Below, piece by piece: positions 8,327-19,577 of a stretch of 41,111 bases of DNA. A model generated the notes under the pieces. It was not told where the DNA came from, searched no databases, and worked only from the letters and a program-made list of their open reading frames with translations. Both the position numbers and the translations under genes were made by a program. The number at the start of each line of letters is the position of its first letter. The first letter of the stretch is position 1. This DNA is from a virus (lineage: Duplodnaviria; Heunggongvirae; Uroviricota; Caudoviricetes), in IMG/VR virus record IMGVR_UViG_2724679059_000002, positions 1 through 41,111 of that record; one strand, given 5' to 3'.

Positions 8327-10801
8327 TTATTGCGGAGTGACATCCTGAGGTCGCCACCAGTATGTCTGATTAAACTCTTTCTTCGAACGTTGCTCCATTT
8401 TACGCAAATAGCCTGGTGAAAAATACTCCTGCATCTGGTTAAAGATCATATGATCGAGAGCCGCCTTTAAGTACCAGAGATTCGCACCTGGCATCAAACC
8501 TTTCCCCAGCTTCACCAGATCACCACCAGTCTGCTCATTCTTCCCCTCCACAGCATTTAACGGTATGCCCTGAGCAATCTTCACTACGTCATCAACCAGA
8601 CCAGCTACCGGGCCAAGCATCGACGCCAGCGCGCCGCTTCCGTACCTAGTGTGATCTGACAATAAAAAGTCACCGTAAAGGCCAAGACCACCACCTTTCA
8701 GTAGAGCACCAAGCCAGAATTTTGCGGCATCTTCTCCTGTCATATCTCGAGGATTACGACCAGACGCAAGGTCGTTAAGTTGCTGCGACAAAGCGCCAAG
8801 AATGGTCGTACTGGCAATAAACGTCGCAATATATGCCGCACGCCCACCAGCAGACGGCATCCCCATAGCGCGTGACCAGTGGCGCATAACCACCGAGATA
8901 GGGAACGATTTAAACAGGAAAACACTTCTCGTTAATTCACCTTTCCATGTTCCACGCTGAATACCAGAACCGGTTATCAGTTGCTCACGTGCTCCCGGTG
9001 TAATAACAGCCATATCAACTTCTTCAGTTACGGCACCGAGCAGTTTACGCATTGCCTCAAATTTCACGCGTTCAGGCTCACCAAGATGTTTAACTGCTGA
9101 ATCAGGGATACGCATAATGCTTTCCGGTGTCAGCATCGTATTATTACCGTTCCCCCAGTCCTCCTGTTGCGCCAGCTTCCATACGCTCCAGTCTGTGTCA
9201 GTAATCCCTTTGCTTTTCAGGATACGAAAATCAGAGTCATCGAGGCTACGAAGGTCTGGTGTCCGTGACACTACTTCCCCCATGCTTCCCATCATGGTTA
9301 CGCCATAGGCGCGCTTGTGCGCATCTGACCATGCTGTAAGCCCACTGGCACGCATTACAGCCGTTGCCGCCCAACGAGACACTGACGGCCCCATATTATC
9401 CATCGCCCAGCGGTTAACGCTGCCAAGTAGAGATTCCATCGCCAGACCAGCGCGGCGCGCCCGCGCAAGTTCTGTACGGTTCGTTGGGTCCATAGCTTCA
9501 AGCTGGTTGCGGAATAACTGGTTCATTGGAAGGTTGGTCACCTTCGCAGACAGATACATGGTTCCAAGATCAGAGAACGATGATAGCAACGCGGATCCGA
9601 GTCTGCTGGCAACCAGCCAGTTGCGGATATTGTCAGACCATCGCGCGATGTGCGGATTCGCTACAGGCTGTGTCTTTCCGGAAATAAAGTTGTACAGATT
9701 CTCTGTGTTGTTCGCCAGCCGCTCGACTTTACCGGTTTTACTCGGGTTAGCTGTTGCCGTTTCTGCCTTCACCTGATCAAGAAGAGAGCGGAAAACATGA
9801 TCGGGGTTTGGGCCATATGTTTCCACCAGTGCAATATCTTTACTGATACCTTCCAGGTGACCGACCATGATTTCCCATAGAGAGCGATCGCCATAAAGTT
9901 GCTGATATTGCAGATAGGAATCTGCATCTTTGAAATGTATCTGTCGTGATGCATTACCACGGTTAGCACGTGCGCCGGAAATTCGCATTCCGGTATCAGT
10001 AAGCTTATTCAGCCCACCAGTAGCGATCGTGTTATAAGCCTCTCCAAGAAATGCAGACAACTCGGCATCATTCATCAGTTGTCCATCGGCTCGGATATAA
10101 TATTTGCGATCCAGCTTACCTATAACATCGCTAACCCACTTATCCTTTGATACCGCCCCAACCTTTTCCATAGAATGATGTTGAGGGATCCCCCAGTTTT
10201 CGAGATAGCCAATGTCCCCACCAGCATCATTAAACCGGCGGCGCAGTAGATCTGTCACTTCTCTCCACGCCTTAGCACCTTTTCTTGCTTTAGCATTGCC
10301 AGTATTTTGCCCTCGCATTTCATATACCAGGTCACGTACGCCCGCCTCATCTTCAAACAGACCAAAAAAGCGAGGATCAACTGCTTCGAATGCCTCCTGC
10401 AATTGACTCAATGCATAATCACGAGTGGCTTTTGTTCTGGACTCAACAGAGAGGAAATTCGATTTACCGTCTGCATTAAAAGCAATAGTACGGTTAAGAG
10501 CGCCAAGTTTCCCATCAGCCCCTTGATAGCTATTGATAAATTTATCCAATCTCTGACGTGCGGCTATAGTGAGGGCCACACGACGTTTCTTTAATGCCGC
10601 TTCTCGCTGTAATTCTTCAGATGCCAATTGTGCTGCACGATATAGCCGCTCTGATTCGGAAAGTTGTCTCCACGACATCGGGTCATCACGAGCAATGGAG
10701 CGCATATTTCGATAAATGCGGTCTTCAATGTTCTGTATTTCTCGCGCCGTTAACGTGCGCTGCGCCGCCTGCTGGACCGCTTGTATACATTCCTGTCTCA
10801 T
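8327..10801 (-). CDS. Internal virion / ejection protein (large, gp16-like by position)
   Basis: 824 aa; third of three consecutive large proteins downstream of the nozzle gene, matching T7 internal-core gene order. Confidence 0.5.
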   Translation of the reverse strand: MRQECIQAVQQAAQRTLTAREIQNIEDRIYRNMRSIARDDPMSWRQLSESERLYRAAQLASEELQREAALKKRRVALTIAARQRLDKFINSYQGADGKLGALNRTIAFNADGKSNFLSVESRTKATRDYALSQLQEAFEAVDPRFFGLFEDEAGVRDLVYEMRGQNTGNAKARKGAKAWREVTDLLRRRFNDAGGDIGYLENWGIPQHHSMEKVGAVSKDKWVSDVIGKLDRKYYIRADGQLMNDAELSAFLGEAYNTIATGGLNKLTDTGMRISGARANRGNASRQIHFKDADSYLQYQQLYGDRSLWEIMVGHLEGISKDIALVETYGPNPDHVFRSLLDQVKAETATANPSKTGKVERLANNTENLYNFISGKTQPVANPHIARWSDNIRNWLVASRLGSALLSSFSDLGTMYLSAKVTNLPMNQLFRNQLEAMDPTNRTELARARRAGLAMESLLGSVNRWAMDNMGPSVSRWAATAVMRASGLTAWSDAHKRAYGVTMMGSMGEVVSRTPDLRSLDDSDFRILKSKGITDTDWSVWKLAQQEDWGNGNNTMLTPESIMRIPDSAVKHLGEPERVKFEAMRKLLGAVTEEVDMAVITPGAREQLITGSGIQRGTWKGELTRSVFLFKSFPISVVMRHWSRAMGMPSAGGRAAYIATFIASTTILGALSQQLNDLASGRNPRDMTGEDAAKFWLGALLKGGGLGLYGDFLLSDHTRYGSGALASMLGPVAGLVDDVVKIAQGIPLNAVEGKNEQTGGDLVKLGKGLMPGANLWYLKAALDHMIFNQMQEYFSPGYLRKMEQRSKKEFNQTYWWRPQDVTPQ

Positions 10802-10806
10802 TTAAT

Positions 10807-12609
10807 TTAACCTCTCAAGAAACACGCCACAGCGACATCAAACAGGCTGGAATCCTGTATTGCCTGCTCACTTTCCCTGTTCGCTTCATCCAGTACTTCA
10901 CGCGCACTGCGCGATTGTGGATTACCATCATCATCCAGCACGGTGATTATCATGTCCGGAGATTCAAGCAGCGAGTCTTCAGCTATACGCAGATCAATAT
11001 CTCCTGCCGGATCTGCCATCATTTTTTGTTCTGTCTGTTGCAATATCTTACCGGGCTCAAAAGGAGCTACTTCGTCTGGCGTCCTGACCTCTGCTGTTTT
11101 ATAGAATGAAACAGCCTGAGCATTAAGTTCACTTTCTGCCTGCTGTCGTCGTGCCAGTTCTGCTCGAGCTTCAAAAAACTGACCTCCAGGCTCGTGCGGC
11201 GCCAACGCGTTACGAGAAAATTCCAGGCGTTCTTGTGCCTGCCGGATTCGTTGGTCAATATCGCGAAGTCTGGCCTGTTTATCTGATCGAGCACGAGATA
11301 AAGCCTTACCGCTACCGGTTGGCTCTTCTGCAAGAATTTGTGCGCGCTGTTCAGTGAGATTTTCAATAATTCGTTGGCTATTAGCGATTTCAGACTGGTA
11401 AACCTGTCTATCGCCACGCGACAAAAGCTGCGCGGCCTGTTCTTCAAGCAACCGATTTTCTATAGCGCGCGCCGTTACTCCATCATCTACAGATGACAGA
11501 GCCTCATTAACTGCCTGAGATAGCAGACTCTTGCGCCCAGGAATTTCACTGAAAGATGCAGACTCAACAATGCTGGCAACGTCTACAGGTCTCCCCTGGC
11601 TAACATCAGACATGGCTTTTCGCAGAGCCTGAATGTGCGAATTACGCGAAAGCACGTTGATCGGAACGCCGGGAGCAATATCAATTTCAGCATGATGAGC
11701 GGCATTCGCCGCCAGTGCAGCATCAATATCAACTGGTGAAAAATTTGGTGCGCTTGTAGACTCGCCGCGAGAGTTAATAAATCTGCCGACACCACCAAAC
11801 GCCACCCCAAGAACAGCATCAATAGCAATTGCCTGTCGATCCAACACATCATACTGGTTAGCCATTTCGCTATAGCCACCATCACGAAGCGTTTTTGCAG
11901 TAAGCCCACGCTGTGCCATACCGAACGCAATATTTGTACCTGCGGCATAGGCAATATCTGGCGTTGCACGTACTGCTGTTGCTGCGGCGCGTCGCACTGA
12001 ACTCTCACCCGTCCGCGCAAGCTGAGCCGCCACACCTTCCGCCAGCGCACCACCAGCACGTAACCCGAGGCTCATAGGGATCAGTGTTCCGGCACCAGCA
12101 GTAATACCCTGCACTAATCCCGCTTCCTGCGCCGTCCTGAAATCAACACCCTGTGCTGTCAACCGTTCAAACTCAGAAAAACCCTGTAGCGAAGTTACCG
12201 CCGCTGCACCTCCGACAGGACCACCGAGCGTTGTACCAACAACAGCCTGCCCGCCCATATCGAACAACCCATAAAGAACCTGCCCGGCGGTTCCGGTTGT
12301 CGCGGCATCAGGCGTCAGCCGCTTAACCTGCTGCTCTGCTAGTTTTCTCTGCTCGGCAATGTATGAAACTGAAGTATCATTGAGCGAGGTGTTTTCGTTA
12401 ATAAACTGAGCAATCGGGGATACGATTTTATCCATCCCTGCCCATAGCAACTGATCTGGCTTTGCCACCAGCCCGGAGTACAAACCAGACAATGCCGCTC
12501 CTACAGCATTGTCGAAAAAACCAACATCGCTGTTAAAGCCCGCTGGATTTGATGCTGCTTCGTCAAGTTGCTGATTCTGATTTACTGGATTAAGGCCAAA
12601 GTAACTCAT
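10807..12609 (-). CDS. Internal virion / ejection protein
   Basis: 600 aa, Gly/Ala-rich central region; synteny within the structural operon. Confidence 0.5.
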   Translation of the reverse strand: MSYFGLNPVNQNQQLDEAASNPAGFNSDVGFFDNAVGAALSGLYSGLVAKPDQLLWAGMDKIVSPIAQFINENTSLNDTSVSYIAEQRKLAEQQVKRLTPDAATTGTAGQVLYGLFDMGGQAVVGTTLGGPVGGAAAVTSLQGFSEFERLTAQGVDFRTAQEAGLVQGITAGAGTLIPMSLGLRAGGALAEGVAAQLARTGESSVRRAAATAVRATPDIAYAAGTNIAFGMAQRGLTAKTLRDGGYSEMANQYDVLDRQAIAIDAVLGVAFGGVGRFINSRGESTSAPNFSPVDIDAALAANAAHHAEIDIAPGVPINVLSRNSHIQALRKAMSDVSQGRPVDVASIVESASFSEIPGRKSLLSQAVNEALSSVDDGVTARAIENRLLEEQAAQLLSRGDRQVYQSEIANSQRIIENLTEQRAQILAEEPTGSGKALSRARSDKQARLRDIDQRIRQAQERLEFSRNALAPHEPGGQFFEARAELARRQQAESELNAQAVSFYKTAEVRTPDEVAPFEPGKILQQTEQKMMADPAGDIDLRIAEDSLLESPDMIITVLDDDGNPQSRSAREVLDEANRESEQAIQDSSLFDVAVACFLRG

Positions 12610-15194
12610 TGCGGAATATCTCCGGAGAATCTCTGACGCTTCTGTGTCAGATCAAGAACAACAGGAGAACCATCATCTTTCAGCAGATAACCAGTACCAA
12701 GTTTCACCAGGTACTGACTATCGCCGTAACTTTGCAAACCATACTGACCAGGCGGTGTTTTTATCCCGGTGCCGACCACTTGTTCATTCCAAGCCTGATC
12801 AACCTGCTTATCGAATTGCTCTGCAGACATTCCCCACGGCAAAAGGACATTCCCCATTCCGTTATAGTCATGCACGCCACCTGTAGCTACGTTAACAGCC
12901 TGCTTCCAGATATCAGTGTCAATTTCGCCTGATATCACGCCTTTTTTCGCCATCACACCAGCGTAATAGTCCTTTGCGATCTCGTATGCCATTGATGCCC
13001 CCTGAGCATCACCAGCAAATGCATCCTTCACCATGTCAGAAAACTCAAGGCGAAGATCAGCATCTTTAGGCATCGGAATACCTTTCGCATCATCAGTACC
13101 TTTACGAGCCGCCGCGCCAGTAAGAATTGTCTGCGCAGCGGTTTCAGGAGACACGGAAACATCCGGATTAAACCAGTTTTTTTCTGCCAAAATACCACCT
13201 GGCTTATCCATCAGTATCCCGGCAACGGCAGCAGATGGAGCGTTGGCACTGATCTGCTGTAGTGCTGACATATACACCTGCCCACCACCAGTGCTCTGCC
13301 TGATGGTATCGAGATATGCTGCCTGTTGGGAAACGGGCGCATCACGAAAGAAAACACCGATCTGATTGGCCTCGTCTTTGGAAAAGAACGTCAGTGGAGT
13401 GCCATATGACTTAGCAAGGTCACTGACCTGAGCAGCACGCAAGGCAACGCTCTGTCCAAAGTTATCCTTATTGCTCATGTCGATAGGCTTTGCCTGTCCG
13501 GCGGCAAGAGAGAACTGTACAGGATCAGCCTGTCGCTGCTTTATCACCTGACTTGCAGCCGACACAACGTTGTCATAAAGAGCGGCTCGTGCCGCATAAC
13601 CCTCCCCTGTCTCACCAGTATCCGGGCGTAATTGCTCAACATATGCTGTAATGCTGCTTGTCGGCATGTTGCGGAAAGAGCCTATATACTGTCCGGCGAT
13701 TTGCGTATTTCTGAACTCGGTATATCGCAGGTTTCCTTCTCTGACTCCATAAGCTGCAATAAAATCAGCCTCACCAGGTGGGTTAGGAAATTCAACGCCA
13801 CGCATATACGCAGCTGTCGCATCGCGAACCTGGCTGTCAATCATCGTTTTATATTCAGCCTGCTGCTGCCGACGCAGTTGATCCGCCTGTCGCATAAAAC
13901 TTGCCTGCGCCTCAGGAGATGCCGCATCGAATGCTGCATTACCGGTATAGCGTTTGGTGTTGGTTGGAATTGTTGATAAACCAAGTGCTGCACTGACACC
14001 AGCAGTTAACTGCTGATCACTGTATGGCTGGCTACCGTTCTCATGATGGATAATGGCTGCACAAAGCGCCTTCAGGGTATCAGGATTAGATGCATCGAGA
14101 GGCTCATCAGCAGAAACGCCAAGTTGTTCGCACACTGCTTTGATATACGACATAGTGTCATTTTTATCAGCAGGCGGTGCCCAGCGATTAATTATCTCGC
14201 TGACGGTATCAATACCCTGCCTCTGATACGACATCAGGTTCCGCCCTAATGCACGAATCCCGTGTTCAGGTGTTTCGAATTTAGCAAATCGACCATCATC
14301 ACCGGTCTGGCCTACCCACGGATTAGTTTTGCTGTATTCGAGATTTCCTGGGTTATTGTTGCGTATGCCACGGGCACGCTCGGAAGAGTCACTATCTGCT
14401 ACAGCACGGCGAGCTCCAGCAGCAGTATCACTTAACTCGCCATTACTTTGGATGAATGCGGTCGCATTGTTTGCCGACCACTGGGACAATGCAGCATCAG
14501 CAACCTTCTCTTTAAACTCGATTTTCTTGGCCTGGATTTGCTCGTTGCTCCAGCCATGTGCAACACCGTACTCCTCAATTTGCTGGAAAGTTTGCTTGTT
14601 AGCCAATACGTATGCGGCGTTGTCGCCATACAATGCTGCGGCATTTTTACCATTGTTCAGCAGTGTCGCCTGAAACTGGCCTTCTTCGTAGGCATTAATT
14701 TGCCCTATCTCGTGTCGCCCGGCCTGCGTAGTGAACTGAATGCGCTGCTGCTGCGCCTGCTGCATGAAAGCATTACGAGCCTGTTCATCCGGCAGCGACA
14801 TAGCCAGTTGTTCGACCTGAGCATCAAACTGCTGCGTATACTCATGGCCTTTTCCAATAGCATTTTTCCCTTTCAGGTTAAGCAATCCTGTTTCAGGATT
14901 ATTCAGCAGATCGCTGCTTATCTGACTGAGGTTAAGAGATGCCTCCTGAGCCAGAGCGATATTGGCACGCTGTTTTGCCTGACCAAAAACATCAATTGCC
15001 TCTGTCCCTGCCCGAACAAAAGCATCACCAATACCTGGCTGAGAAAACGTCTGCAAGCCTGCTGACTGAACCCCACGGCTCTGAACCTGACGGCCGGATA
15101 CTGTTGGTACGACTGGCATTATAATCCTCCGGGTAATCTGGTTCCTGCTGCTGCCCCGATTGGCGCAGGAGTGCTTTGAGTAAACGGACTCCAC
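12606..15194 (-). CDS. Internal virion / ejection protein (gp15-like by position)
   Basis: 862 aa; synteny; start overlaps the upstream 181-aa gene. Confidence 0.5.
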   Translation of the reverse strand: MESVYSKHSCANRGSSRNQITRRIIMPVVPTVSGRQVQSRGVQSAGLQTFSQPGIGDAFVRAGTEAIDVFGQAKQRANIALAQEASLNLSQISSDLLNNPETGLLNLKGKNAIGKGHEYTQQFDAQVEQLAMSLPDEQARNAFMQQAQQQRIQFTTQAGRHEIGQINAYEEGQFQATLLNNGKNAAALYGDNAAYVLANKQTFQQIEEYGVAHGWSNEQIQAKKIEFKEKVADAALSQWSANNATAFIQSNGELSDTAAGARRAVADSDSSERARGIRNNNPGNLEYSKTNPWVGQTGDDGRFAKFETPEHGIRALGRNLMSYQRQGIDTVSEIINRWAPPADKNDTMSYIKAVCEQLGVSADEPLDASNPDTLKALCAAIIHHENGSQPYSDQQLTAGVSAALGLSTIPTNTKRYTGNAAFDAASPEAQASFMRQADQLRRQQQAEYKTMIDSQVRDATAAYMRGVEFPNPPGEADFIAAYGVREGNLRYTEFRNTQIAGQYIGSFRNMPTSSITAYVEQLRPDTGETGEGYAARAALYDNVVSAASQVIKQRQADPVQFSLAAGQAKPIDMSNKDNFGQSVALRAAQVSDLAKSYGTPLTFFSKDEANQIGVFFRDAPVSQQAAYLDTIRQSTGGGQVYMSALQQISANAPSAAVAGILMDKPGGILAEKNWFNPDVSVSPETAAQTILTGAAARKGTDDAKGIPMPKDADLRLEFSDMVKDAFAGDAQGASMAYEIAKDYYAGVMAKKGVISGEIDTDIWKQAVNVATGGVHDYNGMGNVLLPWGMSAEQFDKQVDQAWNEQVVGTGIKTPPGQYGLQSYGDSQYLVKLGTGYLLKDDGSPVVLDLTQKRQRFSGDIPQ

Positions 15195-15664
15195 GTCCCA
15201 CCAAACATCTGGTACGCACCGTATGCCTTCAGAGGCGCAGTGAGCAATGTTGTTGCTGCTCCCACATTCCCCTGTTTACGGGCTGAACTGGCTTCTACTT
15301 TATAGTTGGCAGCCTGAACCTGATAACCGTAAGCCTCGCGTTGCGCGTTATTCACCGTCGTCAGCGAATCAAGAGCGCCAAACTGAGCAGTGTCACCAAA
15401 TATATCCAGCGCGTTACCTGTAGATAAATCAGCGCCGGTCGCCCCCATTGTCGCCGCCTGTGTACCAAGCCGCTGTCGGGTCTCTCTGCGCCGTTGCTCA
15501 GCTTCAGCGTTACCCCTGTTTATTGCATCATTTGCCTGAGCTGTGGCTATATCTGCGTTAGCTTCTGCAACCTTCGAGGCATACTTTCCCTGTTGGTACT
15601 GGGTGTATGCCTGAATGCCACTCATGGCGAGCATTGCGCCACCAGCAATAACCGGATCGCACAT
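15119..15664 (-). CDS. Internal virion protein B-like
   Basis: 181 aa, Ala/Gly/Gln-rich; position equivalent to T7 gp14. Confidence 0.45.
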   Translation of the reverse strand: MCDPVIAGGAMLAMSGIQAYTQYQQGKYASKVAEANADIATAQANDAINRGNAEAEQRRRETRQRLGTQAATMGATGADLSTGNALDIFGDTAQFGALDSLTTVNNAQREAYGYQVQAANYKVEASSARKQGNVGAATTLLTAPLKAYGAYQMFGGTWSPFTQSTPAPIGAAAGTRLPGGL

Positions 15665-16128
15665 TATTTTCTCTCCATGTGAAATCTGTGGAAATTAAGA
15701 CCAAGAGCACCATAAGGCGCGGCTTCTTCAAGCCTGAATCCAAGCCAGTGCAGCCATGCTTTGGCAACATGGTTTCGCTCGTCGACGTAGTTTTCCAGGC
15801 GCGGATAAACTGCCAGCATCTGCTGCAATACAGGTCGGCAGTGGCGAAGAAATGTCTTCTGATATTTTTCAATACGGCTGGTCCCGACCAGCCATGGCGT
15901 ACCATTGCCACCGATCATTGACGCCGGAGATACGCCAAACATGGTTACCAGTTCTCCGTTCGCAAATCCTGACCAGGCCATAGTCGCAGTACGCAGACCA
16001 ACACGCAGCGCATCTTCGGTAGTCATCAGTGATACCGCATACAGTTCGTCAATATCAGCCTGACGAACATCCGGCAAAATCATCTGAAGATGCTCTTCGG
16101 TTGCGGGAATAATTTGAACATCGATCAT
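15664..16128 (-). CDS. Internal virion protein A-like
   Basis: 154 aa immediately after the nozzle gene; position equivalent to T7 gp13. Confidence 0.4.
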   Translation of the reverse strand: MIDVQIIPATEEHLQMILPDVRQADIDELYAVSLMTTEDALRVGLRTATMAWSGFANGELVTMFGVSPASMIGGNGTPWLVGTSRIEKYQKTFLRHCRPVLQQMLAVYPRLENYVDERNHVAKAWLHWLGFRLEEAAPYGALGLNFHRFHMERK

Positions 16129-18599
16129 CAGAATCCCCCAACAGTAAGGCGAGGAATAACGGCAAGAACAGACAGCGGCAACGGATCAAGCTGACGGATT
16201 TTTACACGTCCGTTTTTGCCCCAGTTACTGTCCAGTTTCACTTCTACTTTTCCGGTAGCGTCATCAACAGGATCATCGTAGAACTCGAATTCACGCTGTG
16301 GATATTCGTACCATTTACCGCCGTGGGTAGTCGCCCAGATGCCGCGACTGGCATTCACAACCAGAGTAACGGAGGGGATCACCTGTTTTTTGTCCAGCAG
16401 CGTTTCCTGTCCGTTAATGTTGATATCCAGTGTTTCGAATTCAGCAGTTATTGGCAGGCCGATGTGCACAACAGCCCCCGGTGATTCCAGCGTGACGGCA
16501 CCTCCGGAAACCACTTTTTGTGGTTCCACGTTCGCATCAGAGAGGATGTTTACGGTCTGGCCTTCAAGATGAGACAGGCCTCCAAATGTCCGGCGCGCCA
16601 TCTGCCAGTTCGTGGTGGCCACATTCCTGAGGGATGGCGGGACGTTCCTGTTAGCACGAACCACTACAGCGGTATTGCTGGTTACAGAAATAATGTCGCA
16701 ACGTAATTCTTTTGACACTTCATCGCCAGTATCAGGAACAGTTCCGGTATAAGGGAACTGTAGTTGCGCGCCGACATCACTACTGGTGAAGTACGCACCA
16801 CCAGAAACACTGATTGTATATTCCGCACGGTAATCCCATTCACCAGAACCACCACTGATGGTCATCGTTCTGTCAGACGTATTTCTTCCATCATAGCTAA
16901 GGCCAGAATCAACAAAGAAAGCATCTTCATCGCTGGTAAATAAACGGCTGGACAGCCGCTCGATGTATCTCACTGTTTGCCCGTTAACGGTTCGGTTAAC
17001 GACGAAATACACCGCATCTTCATTGCCTTCGCTGATACTGCATGTGCTTTCATATTTTCCGGTACTGGATTGTGGTGCCCATGCAAAAACCTGCTGATCA
17101 CGCAAATAGGTCATCACCAGTAATTTACCGTCATCACGAATGCAGAAGGCGCTGGAGTAAGGGACAATAGAGAAGCACCAGTCAACAATGCTGTGCTTCT
17201 GAAAAAGATGATTGGCAAGGATGGTCAGGTCGTTCCCCTGATAGCCGTCAACATCGAATGAGTAGGCCAGATCACGGACAACACTGCCTTTCTCCTGGAC
17301 GAACAGAGCAATATTCGCCACGGCAATTGGTGGGACATTGCTCGAGCCATTTGATCCCTGAGAGCTGAATGCAAATGATGATGGGGTTAACACTTTGTTC
17401 TGATCGCCGGTGATGACGTACTCACCTCCGGAAGTCAGTGCCACCAGCGAACCGACATCAATCAGGTGGCGGATCTCATTAACCTGACGCCCGGCATAGG
17501 TGTAGATAATTCTGTCGTCATCCTGCGTAGGATTGCTTTTGCCAAAATCCTTATAATCCCCGGTACGGCTGGCCCAGATAGTCTGAGGGAACGCAGTCGA
17601 TGCGGCGAAGTAAAGACGTTGTTTATAATAAACAACAGTGCCAGGATAACCATTAACACTGTTCCAGGCATATTTAGCCCATTTATAGCTGGCATTATCC
17701 TCGCCAACTACCTGCGAAGGGATATAGGAAATCACCTCGGCAGTTGCAGTAGTTCCATTTGCAGCAGTGATACGGGCAATGCCAAAACCACTGTGCAGAT
17801 ATTCCCACTCAATGCCAGTATCATCATCACCGGATCCGCCCCAGCCATCCCATGATGTGCCTTCTGTATGCGAAGGGCGCAAAGTACCTGTTTTGCCTGC
17901 TGTAACGGCGCGATAGTAGTTACTGTCTGCACGGCGAATATCGCCAATCGACGTACTCTTACTGGTTTCCCATACCGGCACTGAATCCACTGCAGGCTGT
18001 TCCAGATAGAACAATTTTCCTACCTGCTCCGCGCCAAAAATAGAGGCGCTTGCCGTTAACGTAATTGTCCCGGTGCTGGCGCTGGCATAAACCGTCACTG
18101 ACTCGTCAATATTGATATCTTCAAATGGCCCGTTCTTCGTTACCACATCAACCAGTTGCCAGTTGTCATGAGCATATCGGCGCAACTCTTTCGGCGGGTA
18201 TGCCGGGTGAACCAGCGTAAGCACGTCGGCGCTTTGCGTGAATTTAATTCGGAACAGATCGGCTTCAGTATATGGCGTGGCAATTTCATAAATAACATTG
18301 CTGCTGTTCAGCACCAACGCACCATCTTTGATAACGCGCATGTACAGGTGTCCGAACTCCAGAGCATAGGTCTGAACCGTCGAGAACTGGAACGGGATCA
18401 GACGGCATTTACGATTTGGGTATTTGGCGGCACCGACAAAACGCGTACCAGGTCGATTCTCAACGCCGCCATACTGCCGCACGATAAAGTTATCGCACTT
18501 GCGCAATGCCACCTGGTACTTCGCCATGTCAATACGCCCGTACAACGACGGTCCAATCTCACCACCGGCAAAGCTGGGCTGGATCCAACTGATAGCCAT
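16128..18599 (-). CDS. Tail tubular protein B / nozzle-like
   Basis: 823 aa directly downstream of the gp11-like adaptor with overlapping stop/start; size and position match podovirus nozzle; no clear sequence similarity to T7 gp12 by eye. Confidence 0.5.
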   Translation of the reverse strand: MAISWIQPSFAGGEIGPSLYGRIDMAKYQVALRKCDNFIVRQYGGVENRPGTRFVGAAKYPNRKCRLIPFQFSTVQTYALEFGHLYMRVIKDGALVLNSSNVIYEIATPYTEADLFRIKFTQSADVLTLVHPAYPPKELRRYAHDNWQLVDVVTKNGPFEDINIDESVTVYASASTGTITLTASASIFGAEQVGKLFYLEQPAVDSVPVWETSKSTSIGDIRRADSNYYRAVTAGKTGTLRPSHTEGTSWDGWGGSGDDDTGIEWEYLHSGFGIARITAANGTTATAEVISYIPSQVVGEDNASYKWAKYAWNSVNGYPGTVVYYKQRLYFAASTAFPQTIWASRTGDYKDFGKSNPTQDDDRIIYTYAGRQVNEIRHLIDVGSLVALTSGGEYVITGDQNKVLTPSSFAFSSQGSNGSSNVPPIAVANIALFVQEKGSVVRDLAYSFDVDGYQGNDLTILANHLFQKHSIVDWCFSIVPYSSAFCIRDDGKLLVMTYLRDQQVFAWAPQSSTGKYESTCSISEGNEDAVYFVVNRTVNGQTVRYIERLSSRLFTSDEDAFFVDSGLSYDGRNTSDRTMTISGGSGEWDYRAEYTISVSGGAYFTSSDVGAQLQFPYTGTVPDTGDEVSKELRCDIISVTSNTAVVVRANRNVPPSLRNVATTNWQMARRTFGGLSHLEGQTVNILSDANVEPQKVVSGGAVTLESPGAVVHIGLPITAEFETLDININGQETLLDKKQVIPSVTLVVNASRGIWATTHGGKWYEYPQREFEFYDDPVDDATGKVEVKLDSNWGKNGRVKIRQLDPLPLSVLAVIPRLTVGGF

Positions 18600-19207
18600 C
18601 AGGACAACCTCGCAATGGTAAACTCATCAACCGGTGGCTGTGGTTCCTGTGATTCATTCTGGCTATGCGAGCCAGCACTAAGAATCACGCGATTGTACAT
18701 ATTGAGGGCAAACGTACCGAGGTCTGCATTCCCAGTCAGCGCCATGTTAATAGCTGCCGCAAGACGCCAGGCCAGCGCCTCCATAAAAATGGCATCAAAC
18801 ATGTTCACATCTGTAACGCGAGAGACATACTTGAGCCATGCCTGCGGCTGGTCTGTGTAGATCAATTTTCCTGTTCCGTTGGTGTCTGCACCAACTTCGT
18901 ACTGAACGCGCATTGCTGCTGTTGGATTACGTACACCAGGAAGCATAATTTCAGTAATGCGCAGACAATCGGACGGGTACTGGTAAGCATATTCCCAGTC
19001 AGGCGGTGGATTGCTCGTATCTGCAAGCGCCACGCGTTTGGTAGCAAAGTTCCAGTCAAAATCAGAAAGCACAGCATCACGACAGGCCTCAAAGTGCAGC
19101 GAACATTCCCCCGCTTCCTTGCTGGCTTCCGTCAGGCTGTTAATGCTGCGGCTGTTGCCAATATTGGACAGCGCACGATTACAGATCTCTACTACAGAGG
19201 CCATCAC
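18599..19207 (-). CDS. Tail tubular protein A / gatekeeper adaptor (T7 gp11-like)
   Basis: 202 aa; N-terminal pattern ICNRALSNIG...SINSL...DWNF resembles T7 gp11 (VNDILASIGEPPVSTL...GWTFN). Confidence 0.5.
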   Translation of the reverse strand: MMASVVEICNRALSNIGNSRSINSLTEASKEAGECSLHFEACRDAVLSDFDWNFATKRVALADTSNPPPDWEYAYQYPSDCLRITEIMLPGVRNPTAAMRVQYEVGADTNGTGKLIYTDQPQAWLKYVSRVTDVNMFDAIFMEALAWRLAAAINMALTGNADLGTFALNMYNRVILSAGSHSQNESQEPQPPVDEFTIARLS

Positions 19208-19533
19208 TCACCTCCGTTACCGTACAGAGTTTCAGCCGCTGATTTTTCTACATCCCCGGAAACAGGAGCGATCGCCATATCAGTGATCTGCAGATCGGCG
19301 CTGCGATTAACGCCATCGTTAGTTTCTCTGGCAGACAGGCCTCGAATAACAGCCTTTGCAGTTATCATCACTTCTGTTCCGACGCCCTGAGGTTGCGCCT
19401 TCAGCTTATTCAATGTGTCGTTATTAAGAGTGATGCACAGCCCCCACGGGTATTCATCGCGAGTTCTGGTTTCTCCGCTCTCATCCTGGTAGCTGTCAGT
19501 GCCGGTTTTGAGGTTTACGAGTTCCATATACAC
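19204..19533 (-). CDS. Hypothetical head/tail joining protein
   Basis: 109-aa ORF in the structural operon, coupled to neighbours. Confidence 0.4.
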   Translation of the reverse strand: MYMELVNLKTGTDSYQDESGETRTRDEYPWGLCITLNNDTLNKLKAQPQGVGTEVMITAKAVIRGLSARETNDGVNRSADLQITDMAIAPVSGDVEKSAAETLYGNGGE

Positions 19534-19577
19534 TCCTGCAATAAAGGGGCCGAAGCCCCTTGTCGGATTCGCGAGGC

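Noticed and set aside
9117-9969. Several 60-150 aa ORFs on both strands inside the 824-aa ejection-protein gene
   Set aside because: Entirely embedded in a long coupled ORF of the structural operon; no RBS or domain signal.
18156-19390. Plus-strand ORFs of 234 and 241 aa across the nozzle and gp11-like genes
   Set aside because: Antisense to two tightly coupled structural genes; translations Arg/Cys-rich and low complexity.
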